A stretch of DNA of 64,000 bases. Origin: an uncultured bacterium (GTDB taxonomy: Bacteria > DUMJ01). The position numbers were made by a program, and so were the translations under genes. This document shows, piece after piece, positions 49,779 to 60,173 of this stretch (position 1 is the stretch's first letter; the number at the start of each line of letters is the position of its first letter). The notes beneath the pieces were generated by a model, which saw only the letters and a list, made by a program, of their open reading frames with translations, was not told the DNA's origin and did not search any database. The DNA is taken from the NCBI GenBank assembly GCA_937958695.1, contig CALGNK010000027.1, positions 44-64,043 of the forward strand, given 5' to 3'.

Positions 49779-50715
49779 TTCCCACTTCTTCCACTATGTA
49801 GTATTCTTCCTTTTGTCCATGAGTTAGATTATTGATCATCTCTCCTAGCAATCCTATAGAAAGAGTTTGAATTCCTAATATCATGCATAGAACACCAAGA
49901 GTAAGAAGAGGCCTATTACCTATGAGGGCACCAGTCAAAAATTTATAGAATACTAGATATAAATTTATAATAAAACCAACAATAAACAATAAAACTCCAG
50001 CTGAACCAAATACATGCATAGGCCTCTTTATAAACCTTGTAAGGAATACAACAGTAAAAAGGTCTAAAAAACCTTTAAAGAGTCTCTCCCAGCCATACTT
50101 AGAGGTCCCAAATCTTCTAGGATGATGTGTTACAACAAGTTCTCCTACTGTAAACCCTTTGCTATAGGCTAAAGCAGGTATATAACGGTGAAGTTCACCG
50201 TAAATATCTAGAGATTTCACAACTTCATTTCTATATGCTTTAAAACCACAATTAAAATCATGAATCTTTACTCCGGTAATCCAAGATGTAAGTTTATTAA
50301 AGAATCTAGAAGGTAAAGTTTTACTCGGGGGATCATGACGTATCTTCTTCCATCCAGAAACTACATCATAACCCTTATTAATCATCTCTATAAATCTAGG
50401 TATCTCTGTAGGATCATCCTGTAGGTCTGCATCCATAGTGATGACTATACTACCCTTAGCCAACTTAAAACCAGCAGAAAGTGCGCTAGACTTACCAAAG
50501 TTTCTCCTAAATCTTACCCCCTTTACTCTACCATCTTCCTTACCCAATCTTTTTATCAACTCAAAAGATCCATCAGTACTGCCATCATCTATAAAAATTA
50601 TCTCAAAAGATAATCCTAGAGGAGAAGTATTCTCTACTATTCCTTTATATAGCGACTCAATAGTCTCTACTTCATTTTTTAGGGGAATCACAAAAGACAC
50701 ATCATACTTATTCAT
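49768..50715 (-). CDS. GT2 polyprenyl-phosphate glycosyltransferase (Dpm1/ArnC/GtrB/CsbB-like) with C-terminal TM helices
   Basis: VIPLKNE...IFIDDGSTDGS...TMDADLQDDP (DXD) motifs. Two C-terminal TM segments are typical of ArnC/GtrB. Confidence 0.8.
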   Translation of the reverse strand: MNKYDVSFVIPLKNEVETIESLYKGIVENTSPLGLSFEIIFIDDGSTDGSFELIKRLGKEDGRVKGVRFRRNFGKSSALSAGFKLAKGSIVITMDADLQDDPTEIPRFIEMINKGYDVVSGWKKIRHDPPSKTLPSRFFNKLTSWITGVKIHDFNCGFKAYRNEVVKSLDIYGELHRYIPALAYSKGFTVGELVVTHHPRRFGTSKYGWERLFKGFLDLFTVVFLTRFIKRPMHVFGSAGVLLFIVGFIINLYLVFYKFLTGALIGNRPLLTLGVLCMILGIQTLSIGLLGEMINNLTHGQKEEYYIVEEVGIEE

Positions 50716-51967
50716 TATTAAAACCTCCTAGGAAAAGAAGTACTGCTCCCTGCCCATGTAGAAAAGACCCTAATCTTCTCTTTGCATAATAAATATAATC
50801 CCCAGGACCTGTCCCTTCAGATACACCTAATACGTCTCCCTCTTGGCTAATTCTAGTCTTTATTCCTTTAATAGCCTTACTTACCACATCCATATAACTT
50901 TCACCTACTATTCCTAGTTTGATAGCCCTATATATCCCGTATCCCAAAAGGGCACTACCAGATGTTTCTAAATAAGTGTCTTTCATATTTATAAGTGTAC
51001 GCCACAAACCCGATTTATCTTGAAACTTACTTAAGATACCAATAATATTCTTTACAATAGATCCTATATAATCTTTATCTTCCTCTTCTATATAAGGAAA
51101 TATTTCTACTAATGTAGCCAACATCCATCCATTCCCTCTTGCCCAATAATGCTGTGTTAATGAGAGCGTATTCTCATCCCAGGCATGGTAAAAGAGGGAT
51201 ACATTTGGATTCATTAGGTATTTTATATGGATATATAATTGTCTCAAACCTTCCTCCCTATAGGGCCCCCCCAACCTAACCATAAATGGACATATCATAT
51301 AAACTGTATCAATCCATAGTTGTCTAGTCCCCGACTCGTGCACAATACCACCAGAGGGGAGTCTATCTTTATAGGATAGTATAAAATCACCAAGTTCTTT
51401 AGCCCTTTCTAGATACTTTTCTTCTTTAAACATATCATAAAGGGTCAAAAGGACATCACCTATAGCACATTCATTTACATTCTTTGGCTTTATACCTCTC
51501 TCTATATACCTATCTACCAAAGCCTTTACATATCCCCAATTGCCAGTAGCAAGTAGTCCCTTCATTGCCACAGTCTGTCCCCAAGAATAACCTACAACCC
51601 CGTTTTTTATAGTTCTTTTTGCTATTAGCCTGGTTAGCTCAAGATTATCTAGGGCTAAATTTTTATTCGTTACTCTTAAAAGAGGATAAGAATTATATTT
51701 ATTTTCTATTGCCTGCATTATACGAATAGCCCTATCTATATAGATCTCTGCATTACTAATTCTTCCAGTTTTAAATTCATTCTTAGCTCTAATTATAAGA
51801 TTCTCTACCTCTGTCAAGTCCCAGCCCTTTGACCACTCTACCCTCATATTATGGAATTTGGTTTCTGCATAGGAAAGTTTTTCTAAAAAGTTTCCCGCAT
51901 TAAGGTATCTACAAATCCAGAACATTAATATAGAAATCTGTATAAAAACTATTATCACCTTTTTCAT
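50708..51967 (-). CDS. Glycoside hydrolase family 88/105-like (unsaturated glycuronyl hydrolase fold) with N-terminal membrane anchor
   Basis: QLWIDTVYM, HAWDE, WARGNGWMLATLVE and LETSGSALLGYG match the Glyco_hydro_88 (YteR/UGL) signature regions. N-terminal hydrophobic segment. Confidence 0.65.
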   Translation of the reverse strand: MKKVIIVFIQISILMFWICRYLNAGNFLEKLSYAETKFHNMRVEWSKGWDLTEVENLIIRAKNEFKTGRISNAEIYIDRAIRIMQAIENKYNSYPLLRVTNKNLALDNLELTRLIAKRTIKNGVVGYSWGQTVAMKGLLATGNWGYVKALVDRYIERGIKPKNVNECAIGDVLLTLYDMFKEEKYLERAKELGDFILSYKDRLPSGGIVHESGTRQLWIDTVYMICPFMVRLGGPYREEGLRQLYIHIKYLMNPNVSLFYHAWDENTLSLTQHYWARGNGWMLATLVEIFPYIEEEDKDYIGSIVKNIIGILSKFQDKSGLWRTLINMKDTYLETSGSALLGYGIYRAIKLGIVGESYMDVVSKAIKGIKTRISQEGDVLGVSEGTGPGDYIYYAKRRLGSFLHGQGAVLLFLGGFNNE

Positions 51968-52932
51968 TTTTGTCTATCTAGATGTTCCTCATAAGTTCTA
52001 GAAAATATATGAATTCCATCTCCTTTAGTAAAATAAAAAAGGTAATCTGTATTGGAAGGATTCACCGCTGATACTATAGAGGAAAGCCCTGGATTACATA
52101 TAGGTCCTGGAGGAAGACCGTAATGTAGGTAAGTATTATAAGGTGAATCAACCTTAAGATCTTCATAGCTTAAAACAGGTTTAGGCTTATCTAAAGCATA
52201 CTGGACTGTAGCATCACACTGGAGCTTCATCCCAATCTTAAGTCTTTTCAGCAAAACCTGAGCTATTATAGGCCTTTCGCTATCTATCTTGGCTTCCTTT
52301 TCTATAAGAGAGGCAAGAATTACAGCCTCTTTAGGTGTAAGACCTAGATGCTTAGCTTTTTCCTCAAAATCGCTAGGCAGAATCTCTATAAACCTATCTA
52401 AAAATCTCTTTATTACTAACTCAGGTGGACTGTTTAGAAAGAACTCATAAGTATCTGGGAATAAAAAACCTTCGTAAGGTGGTTGTATAAAATAGGGATA
52501 ATTACCCTTAATAGTTCTATTTAAAGCGCTCAAAAACTCTTCCTTGGAAACAATCCCATAGCTAGAAAGTCTTTCTGCTATCTCCCTAGAGTTAAACCCC
52601 TCAGGAATAGTTACCCAAACAGTCTTTGGTTTAGCTTCAAAGATAAATTCAAGCAGTTTATCCAATCTGAGTCCTCTGGGGATATCAAATGTACCGGGGA
52701 TAAATCTCTTTCCATCATCCCCCTTTAATTTAAGTATATAGAGAAATGTCGTTACAGAGGATATAAGTCCCTTCTCTTTTAAAAGAATAGAAATATCTCT
52801 AGCATTCATACCAGGCTTTATAGTTACTGTTTCGGTACCTCTATATGGTAAAGGGGGATATATAAAGAAAGAAGACAAAAAGACTCCTATAAATACAGTT
52901 AATAGAGCTAAACCTAAAACCTTATTCATCAC
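51964..52932 (-). CDS. mltG: Endolytic murein transglycosylase MltG (YceG)
   Basis: N-terminal TM and YceG-like domain with the ...[12 protein letters not shown]... signature. Confidence 0.85.
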   Translation of the reverse strand: MMNKVLGLALLTVFIGVFLSSFFIYPPLPYRGTETVTIKPGMNARDISILLKEKGLISSVTTFLYILKLKGDDGKRFIPGTFDIPRGLRLDKLLEFIFEAKPKTVWVTIPEGFNSREIAERLSSYGIVSKEEFLSALNRTIKGNYPYFIQPPYEGFLFPDTYEFFLNSPPELVIKRFLDRFIEILPSDFEEKAKHLGLTPKEAVILASLIEKEAKIDSERPIIAQVLLKRLKIGMKLQCDATVQYALDKPKPVLSYEDLKVDSPYNTYLHYGLPPGPICNPGLSSIVSAVNPSNTDYLFYFTKGDGIHIFSRTYEEHLDRQK

Positions 52933-54015
52933 CCATTTATCTTAAGCACAACACTTTTAAGATAAGAAGAGATAAAAGTATCTATCTCTCCATCCAATAC
53001 CGCCTGAATATTGCCAACCTCTACCCCGGTTCTATGGTCTTTGACTAAGGTATAGGGATGCAAGATATAGGACCTTATCTGGTTACCCCAAGCAATATCT
53101 CTTCTCTCCCCTTTAATAGCCTGCAACTCTTTTTCCCTCTTCTCTTTCTCTAATGCAAAGAGACGTGCTTTAAGGATTCTCATTGCAGTTTCCCTGTTCT
53201 GATGCTGAGATCTCTCACTTTGACATTCAACAACAATTCCAGTTGGTATATGAGTAATCCTAACTGCAGACTCTGTCTTATTTACATACTGACCACCAGG
53301 TCCGCTAGCCCTGAACGTATCTATCTTTAAATCTTCAGGTCTTATATCTACATCTACTTCATCACCTATATCTGGAATAACATCTACTAAAGCAAAGGAT
53401 GTATGTCTCCTGTGAGCAGCATCAAAGGGAGATATCCTAACCAATCTATGTACACCTCTTTCTGCCTTCAATAAGCCATATGCAAAGTCTCCCTTGACTA
53501 TAAAGGTAGCGCTCTTTATACCTGCCTCTTCTCCAAAAGAGGTATCTACTATTTCTAATTTAAACCCATTTCTCTCTGCCCATCTTGTATACATTCTTAA
53601 GAGCATCTCAGCCCAATCCTGAGCATCAACTCCTCCTGCTCCAGCATGAATAGTAACAACAGCGTTATAACTATCATACTCATCTGTAAAAAGAGCCTGA
53701 AGTTCTAGTTCCTCCAAGAGTCTTCTAGCAGTCTCTAATTCCTGTTTCAACTCCTCTTCTAATGTCTCATCCTCTCCCAATAATTCAGAAAATTCCTTTA
53801 AAGACTCTAATATTCCGGAGAGCTTCTTACCTTTTTCAACAAGTTTTCTCAGTTTATTCAGTTCAGACAAAATCTTCTGGGCTTCTTGAGGATTATTCCA
53901 GAAATCTTCTCTTTGTGTTTCCTCTTCCATAGTAGATACTTTAATACTCTGCTTGTCAAAGATAATCACCCAATTCTAGAAATCTCTTTTCTAATTCAGC
54001 TATTTCTCTCTTCAT
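52929..54015 (-). CDS. prfB: Peptide chain release factor 2, translated via programmed +1 frameshift
   Basis: ORF0 runs [19 protein letters not shown] then TGA. The +1 frame continues DKQSIKV...SPF...GGQ. The ATG at 54015 overlaps the secA stop (TAATG). Confidence 0.9.
53955..53961 (-). other. prfB: RF2 autoregulatory +1 frameshift site CTT TGA C
   Basis: The reverse complement of 53955-53961 is CTTTGAC. GGGTG, an SD-like element, lies 9-13 nt upstream. Confidence 0.85.
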
Positions 54016-56507
54016 TACTCATCCCTTCCACAACAATATTTGTACTTCTTACCACTACCGCAAGGACAAGGGTCATTTCTACCTATCTTCTTTGTCTTTA
54101 TAGGCTTCTTTATATTGTCCCTAGAAGTCTGAGATATAACTGCTATAGGCTTATTCTCTATTCTTTCTGGCCTGAGTTCTAATCTCATAAGAAATCTAGA
54201 AATATCTCTCCTTATACTAGAGAGCATATCTTGGAATATCTCATAAGCCTCTTTCTTATACTCTATCAGAGGCTCCCTCTGACCATAAGCCCTTAACCCT
54301 ATCCCTTCTTTTAAGAAATCCATATTCTCTAAATGTTCTATCCAATGGGTATCGACTACCCTAAGCATAATAAATTTTTCCGCCTGTCTCAGTAAGTCAG
54401 ACCCTATCTCTCTTTCTTTTTCTTCATACTTAGCATTTATCTTATTTCTAATTAGAGAAATTATCTCATTGTAAGATAATTCCTCTACAGATTTTATATC
54501 CACATCTATATTAAATGTACTCCTTACTTCACTAACAAATCCTTCTAGATCCCACACATCTTTTTTATCTTTTGGTATATAGGTCTCTGCTATCTCTAGT
54601 AGATAGTCATTCATTATCGAAATAACAGATTCTTTTAAATTATCATTAATAAGTATTTTCTTTCGCTCTTGATATATTACCCTACGCTGGGTTTCCATCA
54701 CATCATCGTATTCCAAAAGATGCTTCCTTATATCAAAGTGATAAGATTCTACCTTTTTCTGTGCACTTTCTATAGCTTTAGAGATGATAGGGTGTTCTAT
54801 AGGCTGGTCTTCATCAACACCTAGTTTATCCATAACGCCTCTTATTCTTTCGGAGCCAAACAGTCTCATTAGCTCATCCTCTAAAGAAACATAGAATCTA
54901 GAGGAACCTGGATCCCCCTGTCTTCCAGATCTACCTCGAAGTTGATTATCTATCCTTCTAGACTCATGCCTCTCTGTTCCTATAACATGTAACCCACCAA
55001 GATCTGCAACCCCTTCCCCAAGAACTATATCAACACCTCTACCTGCCATATTTGTAGCTATAGTAACACTACCTTTTTGTCCTGCTTTAGCTATGATCTC
55101 CGCCTCTTTTTCGTGGTATTTAGCATTTAAGACCTGATGAGGTATTCCCAATCTCTTAAGCATAGAACTAAGAAGCTCAGACTTCTCTATAGAACGTGTC
55201 CCTACTAGCACAGGTCTTCCTACCTTATATAAGTCAGCTATCTCATTCACTATAGCCTTAAACTTAGCCTTCTCTGTCTTATATACAGCATCTGGATAGT
55301 CTATACGTATCATTGGCTTATGAGTAGGTATTACTACAACTTCTAATCCGTATATCTTTAGAAACTCATCTGCCTCTGTAGCTGCAGTTCCAGTCATACC
55401 TGCTAACTTTTTATACATCCTAAAGTAATTCTGTAATGTTATAGTCGCTAAGGTCTGCGCTTCCTGTCTTATCTTCAGACCTTCCTTGGCTTCTATTGCT
55501 TGATGAATACCGTCGCTGTACCTCCTACCATACATAAGCCTACCAGTAAATTCATCTACTATAATAACTTCCCCATCTTTAACTATGTAATCAACATCCT
55601 TTTTGAAAAGTTCCTTAGCTTTAAGTGCTGCTACAAGGTAGGAAAGATAATCTATATCATTAACAGCATATATATTCTCTATACCCAAGATCTTCTCTAC
55701 CTTCCTAGCGCCTGAATCAGTTAGACTAACACTTTTAAGCTTTTCATCAACCGTATAATCAACATCCCTTATCAGATTTCTAGCAATATGGGCAAACTGA
55801 TAGTATAAACGGGTAGGTTTTTCTGCCACACCAGAAATGATAAGAGGAGTTCTAGCCTCATCTATAAGAATACTATCAACCTCGTCTACTATAGCATAGT
55901 TAAACTCCCTCTGAACCAGTTCATCTGCACTTAAAGCCATATTATCTCTAAGATAATCAAATCCAAACTCGGTATTAGTCCCATAAGTAATATCTGCACT
56001 ATAAGCTACTTTCCTCTCGCTGGGGGTAGAATCGTGTTGTAAGAGTCCAACAGTAAGGCCAAGGGATTCATATATAGGTCCCATCCAATATCTGTCTCTC
56101 TTAGCCAGATAATCATTTACAGTAACTATATGAACCCCTTCCCCTGTTAGTGCATTTAGATATGCAGGCATAGTAGCAACGAGGGTCTTACCTTCTCCAG
56201 TTTTCATCTCAGCTATCTTCCCTTCATGAAGTACAATAGCACCTATCAGTTGGACATCGAAAGGTCTCATATTAACCTTCCTTTTAGCAACCTCTCTAAC
56301 CACTGCAAATGCTGGGATCATTATTTCATCTAAAGTAGCTCCTTGTTTCAACTTTTCTTTAAATTCTAAGGTCTTCTTTGCCAAATCTTCATCGGAAAGC
56401 TTAGGAACCTCCGGTTCAAGTCTATTTATTTCTTCTACTATACGCCAATATCTTCTTAATTCCCTGTCGGAGCTCTTTCCTATAATCTTCTCTAAAATTT
56501 TAAACAT
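54015..56507 (-). CDS. secA: Preprotein translocase ATPase SecA
   Basis: [16 protein letters not shown] Walker A, DEAD-like [11 protein letters not shown], and C-terminal SEC-C zinc motif [13 protein letters not shown]. 830 aa. Confidence 0.95.
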   Translation of the reverse strand: MFKILEKIIGKSSDRELRRYWRIVEEINRLEPEVPKLSDEDLAKKTLEFKEKLKQGATLDEIMIPAFAVVREVAKRKVNMRPFDVQLIGAIVLHEGKIAEMKTGEGKTLVATMPAYLNALTGEGVHIVTVNDYLAKRDRYWMGPIYESLGLTVGLLQHDSTPSERKVAYSADITYGTNTEFGFDYLRDNMALSADELVQREFNYAIVDEVDSILIDEARTPLIISGVAEKPTRLYYQFAHIARNLIRDVDYTVDEKLKSVSLTDSGARKVEKILGIENIYAVNDIDYLSYLVAALKAKELFKKDVDYIVKDGEVIIVDEFTGRLMYGRRYSDGIHQAIEAKEGLKIRQEAQTLATITLQNYFRMYKKLAGMTGTAATEADEFLKIYGLEVVVIPTHKPMIRIDYPDAVYKTEKAKFKAIVNEIADLYKVGRPVLVGTRSIEKSELLSSMLKRLGIPHQVLNAKYHEKEAEIIAKAGQKGSVTIATNMAGRGVDIVLGEGVADLGGLHVIGTERHESRRIDNQLRGRSGRQGDPGSSRFYVSLEDELMRLFGSERIRGVMDKLGVDEDQPIEHPIISKAIESAQKKVESYHFDIRKHLLEYDDVMETQRRVIYQERKKILINDNLKESVISIMNDYLLEIAETYIPKDKKDVWDLEGFVSEVRSTFNIDVDIKSVEELSYNEIISLIRNKINAKYEEKEREIGSDLLRQAEKFIMLRVVDTHWIEHLENMDFLKEGIGLRAYGQREPLIEYKKEAYEIFQDMLSSIRRDISRFLMRLELRPERIENKPIAVISQTSRDNIKKPIKTKKIGRNDPCPCGSGKKYKYCCGRDE

Positions 56508-56522
56508 GATTAACTTTTCTCC

Positions 56523-59500
56523 TTAAAATCCTATGACTACCTTTTCTCTATCTTTAGATACTATGCTCTCTATAAAAGATTTATATGAAGGGTATTCATC
56601 TGGTGTAATAAGTATACTTCTAATTTGAAAGACTCTTTCTACCTTTAGAGTATTCCCACTAGCATAAAACTTCATACTATAGTATGCAAAAGGTTTATCC
56701 AATACTAAATCTTCAGGTAGATGTACAATCTTGGAACCTTCTGGAAGTTTGTATGTAACTATGTCTTTAGTAGTATAGGGAGACCAATAATTGATTGGAT
56801 ATTTCCTCTCCTTCTTCGCTACAGATTCGCTTGTTTCTATCCTCTCCATAATTGACGGCAAGAATGAGATCGTGTCTCTGACTACCTGTGCATAGCCTGG
56901 AGCATTAAATGAGTATTTTTCCCAAACATCTACGCCCAAATCCCTAAGGTTAGAAAGCTCATAACCCTCAAGAGTCGCATTGGGGACAAGTGACCTCAAT
57001 GACCACTCTAAGTCCTCTCTTATCTCTCTATCAGAAGCATTCTTCCATACACTTCTAATATATGTATCATAGTATCCCTTAAATGTAACATGTGCTATGC
57101 CTTTGATACTTCCATCTTTAGAGAGGGTAATTTCTATATTCCTAGTCTTTTCATTATCTTCAGGTTTGTCTATAGGTATATCTACAAGTACTGGTTTCCC
57201 TTCATCTATTAATAAAGCCTTAGTCCCCTGATTCATAGATGGGATATAGCCAAAACGAGTATCCTCAGCAGTTCCATCAAGGAAATAGAGCTTGCCGTTA
57301 AGTCTTATTGCACATATTGCATGGTCAAATTGAAATCCTGGAGAATCTAAGGGCAAAGCACCTCTATACCTAGTTCTTACTAAAACATAGTAAGCAGGAA
57401 TACCTAACTCCCTATACATCGAAATTAATAATGTTGCCTTATCTTTACAGTCTCCATACTTATACTTAAATACCTCGCTAGCCTGATGTGGCATAAGTCC
57501 TCTTATTCCATACTCTAAACCAACATATCTGATATTATTTGCTACAAAATAGTATATTGCCTTGGCTTTATCCTCAAGCGTCTCTTTATCCTTAGTAAGC
57601 TCAACCACTTTAGCCTTTATAGCCTCATCAGGTTTTGTCCTAGGATTAGCTATATCGTAATACCAACCGGCAACCTCTTGCCAATCATTAAAAGTAGTTA
57701 TCTCTAATCTGGGAACGACATCAGCTAAAGGAGGCATATAGCTCTCTTGAATAATCTGTGGTGTATTATTCATCTCCCATGTGTATACTATAGTATTACC
57801 TCTCTCCTCAATCTTAGGTTCTAGTTCTCCGTTATACATCTTGTAGTAGAACTTTGTCCCCTTAGGAACTACTAAAGTATATCTAGAGATCAACATTGGA
57901 TCAAAATCTTGGAAGAGGAATTCATCCTGGAAATGTTTCCCAAGTGGACCTCTACCAAGGTCATCTATAGTATAGGCATATTCTATAATTGCATTATTCT
58001 CAAGTGAGGGCATAGATATAACTTTAGCCATAGCATCCGAATATAGATGATAACCTTCAGCCAAGGAAACATCATGTATGGCTGTAGCTTCTACTTCTGT
58101 CCCATCGGGCTTTATTGTCCTAGCCTTTAATATCTTTACCCTCTCACCATAGAGGCTATATGGTATATAGACCTCTCCGTAGATCTCTCTTCCTCTCTCA
58201 TTTAGTATTTTAATTACTTTATGATAGGTTAAAGACGAGGTTCCATCTGGTTTTATAATCCTTTCTGCACTATCAAGAATTATTATAGCCGATGCATCTG
58301 GATAGTCCTTCTGAGTAGGAGTGTCTTTGATAAGTCTAGACACATCAGCAAGTGTATAGCTTTCTTCTTTAAGAAAACTTAGATAATCTTTAAGATATAT
58401 ATTGCCTGGCTCTATCTCCAAAGTCTTCTCCCAATATAAGAAAGCCTTTTCCCTTTGCCCTAATTCATAATAAAGGTTTCCAAGATACTCATATATATCA
58501 GGATGATAAGGAGATATATCGCTGATACTCTCCAATAGTGTAATAGCTTCACTAAACATCTTAGATCTCATATAGAGGTCTACAAGGTCTAAATAGAGAT
58601 TGATATTATAAGGTTCCCTTTCTAACCTCTCCCTTATCATCATAATGGCTTCTTTATAGTTACCAGTACTTCTATATATAGAGATTAAATTCCTAGAGGC
58701 ACTATAAAATGCATTATTTATATCTAGTAGTTTCTTATACACAGAAATTGCATCACTATACCATCCCCTTCTCTCGTATATAAGCCCAAGGACATAGTAA
58801 CTTAGAGGATGTAAAGGATTTATCTTTAGTGACTCAGCGATAGTACTCTCCGCATCTTTAATCCATCCTCTCATAAGATAAGTCCAAGACAGATATGCAT
58901 AGAGCTGAGAATAATTCTTGCCATATTTTAACCCTTCCTGAAATAGCTGAATAGCCTCCTCATACAATTTTTTGTCATATCTATTCCAACCAAGATCCAC
59001 ATACGCTCTAACAAACTCTGGTATAGATACGATGACCTTTCTTAATTCATTAATACCCTCGTCACTTTTGCCTTCATCTAGATAGGTCAAACCAAGAAAA
59101 TAACGAGGGAGAATAGTATCTGAAATCTCTAAAGCCTTAAGAAAACTCTTCTCTGCCCTATCCCAAAGTCCCCTCTTCCTATAGATTATACCTGAATGGA
59201 TTAATGACCAATAATCCTGTGGTATAGTATCTTCTACAAGTACAAATTCAGCCCCTTTCTTAATCTTCTTTGGTTCTAGAGAATATTTTAGATTAGGGAT
59301 AGGACTTCCATCCTTATCGGTAATCCTAAGGACAAATTGCCAAAGTCCATTATCTTCACAGACCTTTACCAGAAGCTTATTCCAACCTTTATTTAATTTA
59401 ACTTTAACTACATCTTGGTCTATGTATATATTTCTATATATATCTTGAGATAAGACCTTAGTATCATTTAGCCAGATACTTAAAGCGCCTGTACTGCCAG

Positions 59501-60173
59501 ACTTAATAAATACCTCTTTATCTGAATCGCTATAGATAAAAGTAAGGGCATAAGCGGTCACTGCATTTGAAGGATAAAGCAAATTCCCAAGCTTCATAAT
59601 CCCAAAGGTAGTCTTACTAGGAAACCATCTTACTTCCATCCCATTCTTGCCAGTATAAATTTTATTAAGGTCTATCTCCTCTTCCGGAGGAAATACCTTA
59701 TAGAATCCAGAACCACCCACATTGTCAAATGGTCCTATTATAAGCCAATCATTAATTAATCCTAATTCGGATATATACTCTTTTGTAGAATTATAATTAC
59801 CAAGACTCATCAAAAACTGTATCTTCTCCCAGTAAAGAGAAGATAATAGTTCAGTACTCTTTGTCCTGCTAATTAATTTGTCTATAAAAGCGAGCGAGGA
59901 CTTATACAATCCTTCTTCATCATACAGCTCACTTAAAAGATACCAATAACTTAAAGAGGAATAATCATTAGGACTCTCCAATAATACCCTTTCCCAGCTC
60001 TCTATAGCCTTTGCATTATCACCCCTTATCCAGGAGTTCCACCCCTCTAATTCTAGAGGATTACTAAGTTCTAGAGCAAACTTTGATCTTGTCTCCTGAG
60101 TAAAAGATATAGAGGGAAGGATAAAAAGAAATATTATCAATAAAGCTAAAATTTTATTCTTCAAACTATACAT
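56523..60173 (-). CDS. Large secreted TPR-repeat protein with transglutaminase-like cysteine protease core and DUF3857-like domain
   Basis: Signal peptide, multiple TPR-like repeats in residues about 300-600, and YGDCKDKATLLISMYRELGIPAYYVLV (TGase-like Cys core). 1216 aa. Confidence 0.65.
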   Translation of the reverse strand: MYSLKNKILALLIIFLFILPSISFTQETRSKFALELSNPLELEGWNSWIRGDNAKAIESWERVLLESPNDYSSLSYWYLLSELYDEEGLYKSSLAFIDKLISRTKSTELLSSLYWEKIQFLMSLGNYNSTKEYISELGLINDWLIIGPFDNVGGSGFYKVFPPEEEIDLNKIYTGKNGMEVRWFPSKTTFGIMKLGNLLYPSNAVTAYALTFIYSDSDKEVFIKSGSTGALSIWLNDTKVLSQDIYRNIYIDQDVVKVKLNKGWNKLLVKVCEDNGLWQFVLRITDKDGSPIPNLKYSLEPKKIKKGAEFVLVEDTIPQDYWSLIHSGIIYRKRGLWDRAEKSFLKALEISDTILPRYFLGLTYLDEGKSDEGINELRKVIVSIPEFVRAYVDLGWNRYDKKLYEEAIQLFQEGLKYGKNYSQLYAYLSWTYLMRGWIKDAESTIAESLKINPLHPLSYYVLGLIYERRGWYSDAISVYKKLLDINNAFYSASRNLISIYRSTGNYKEAIMMIRERLEREPYNINLYLDLVDLYMRSKMFSEAITLLESISDISPYHPDIYEYLGNLYYELGQREKAFLYWEKTLEIEPGNIYLKDYLSFLKEESYTLADVSRLIKDTPTQKDYPDASAIIILDSAERIIKPDGTSSLTYHKVIKILNERGREIYGEVYIPYSLYGERVKILKARTIKPDGTEVEATAIHDVSLAEGYHLYSDAMAKVISMPSLENNAIIEYAYTIDDLGRGPLGKHFQDEFLFQDFDPMLISRYTLVVPKGTKFYYKMYNGELEPKIEERGNTIVYTWEMNNTPQIIQESYMPPLADVVPRLEITTFNDWQEVAGWYYDIANPRTKPDEAIKAKVVELTKDKETLEDKAKAIYYFVANNIRYVGLEYGIRGLMPHQASEVFKYKYGDCKDKATLLISMYRELGIPAYYVLVRTRYRGALPLDSPGFQFDHAICAIRLNGKLYFLDGTAEDTRFGYIPSMNQGTKALLIDEGKPVLVDIPIDKPEDNEKTRNIEITLSKDGSIKGIAHVTFKGYYDTYIRSVWKNASDREIREDLEWSLRSLVPNATLEGYELSNLRDLGVDVWEKYSFNAPGYAQVVRDTISFLPSIMERIETSESVAKKERKYPINYWSPYTTKDIVTYKLPEGSKIVHLPEDLVLDKPFAYYSMKFYASGNTLKVERVFQIRSILITPDEYPSYKSFIESIVSKDREKVVIGF

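Noticed and set aside
53886-54182. 98-aa plus-strand ORF across the secA/prfB junction.
   Set aside because: It is antisense to the secA 3' end and the prfB frameshift region, which are fully explained by those genes.
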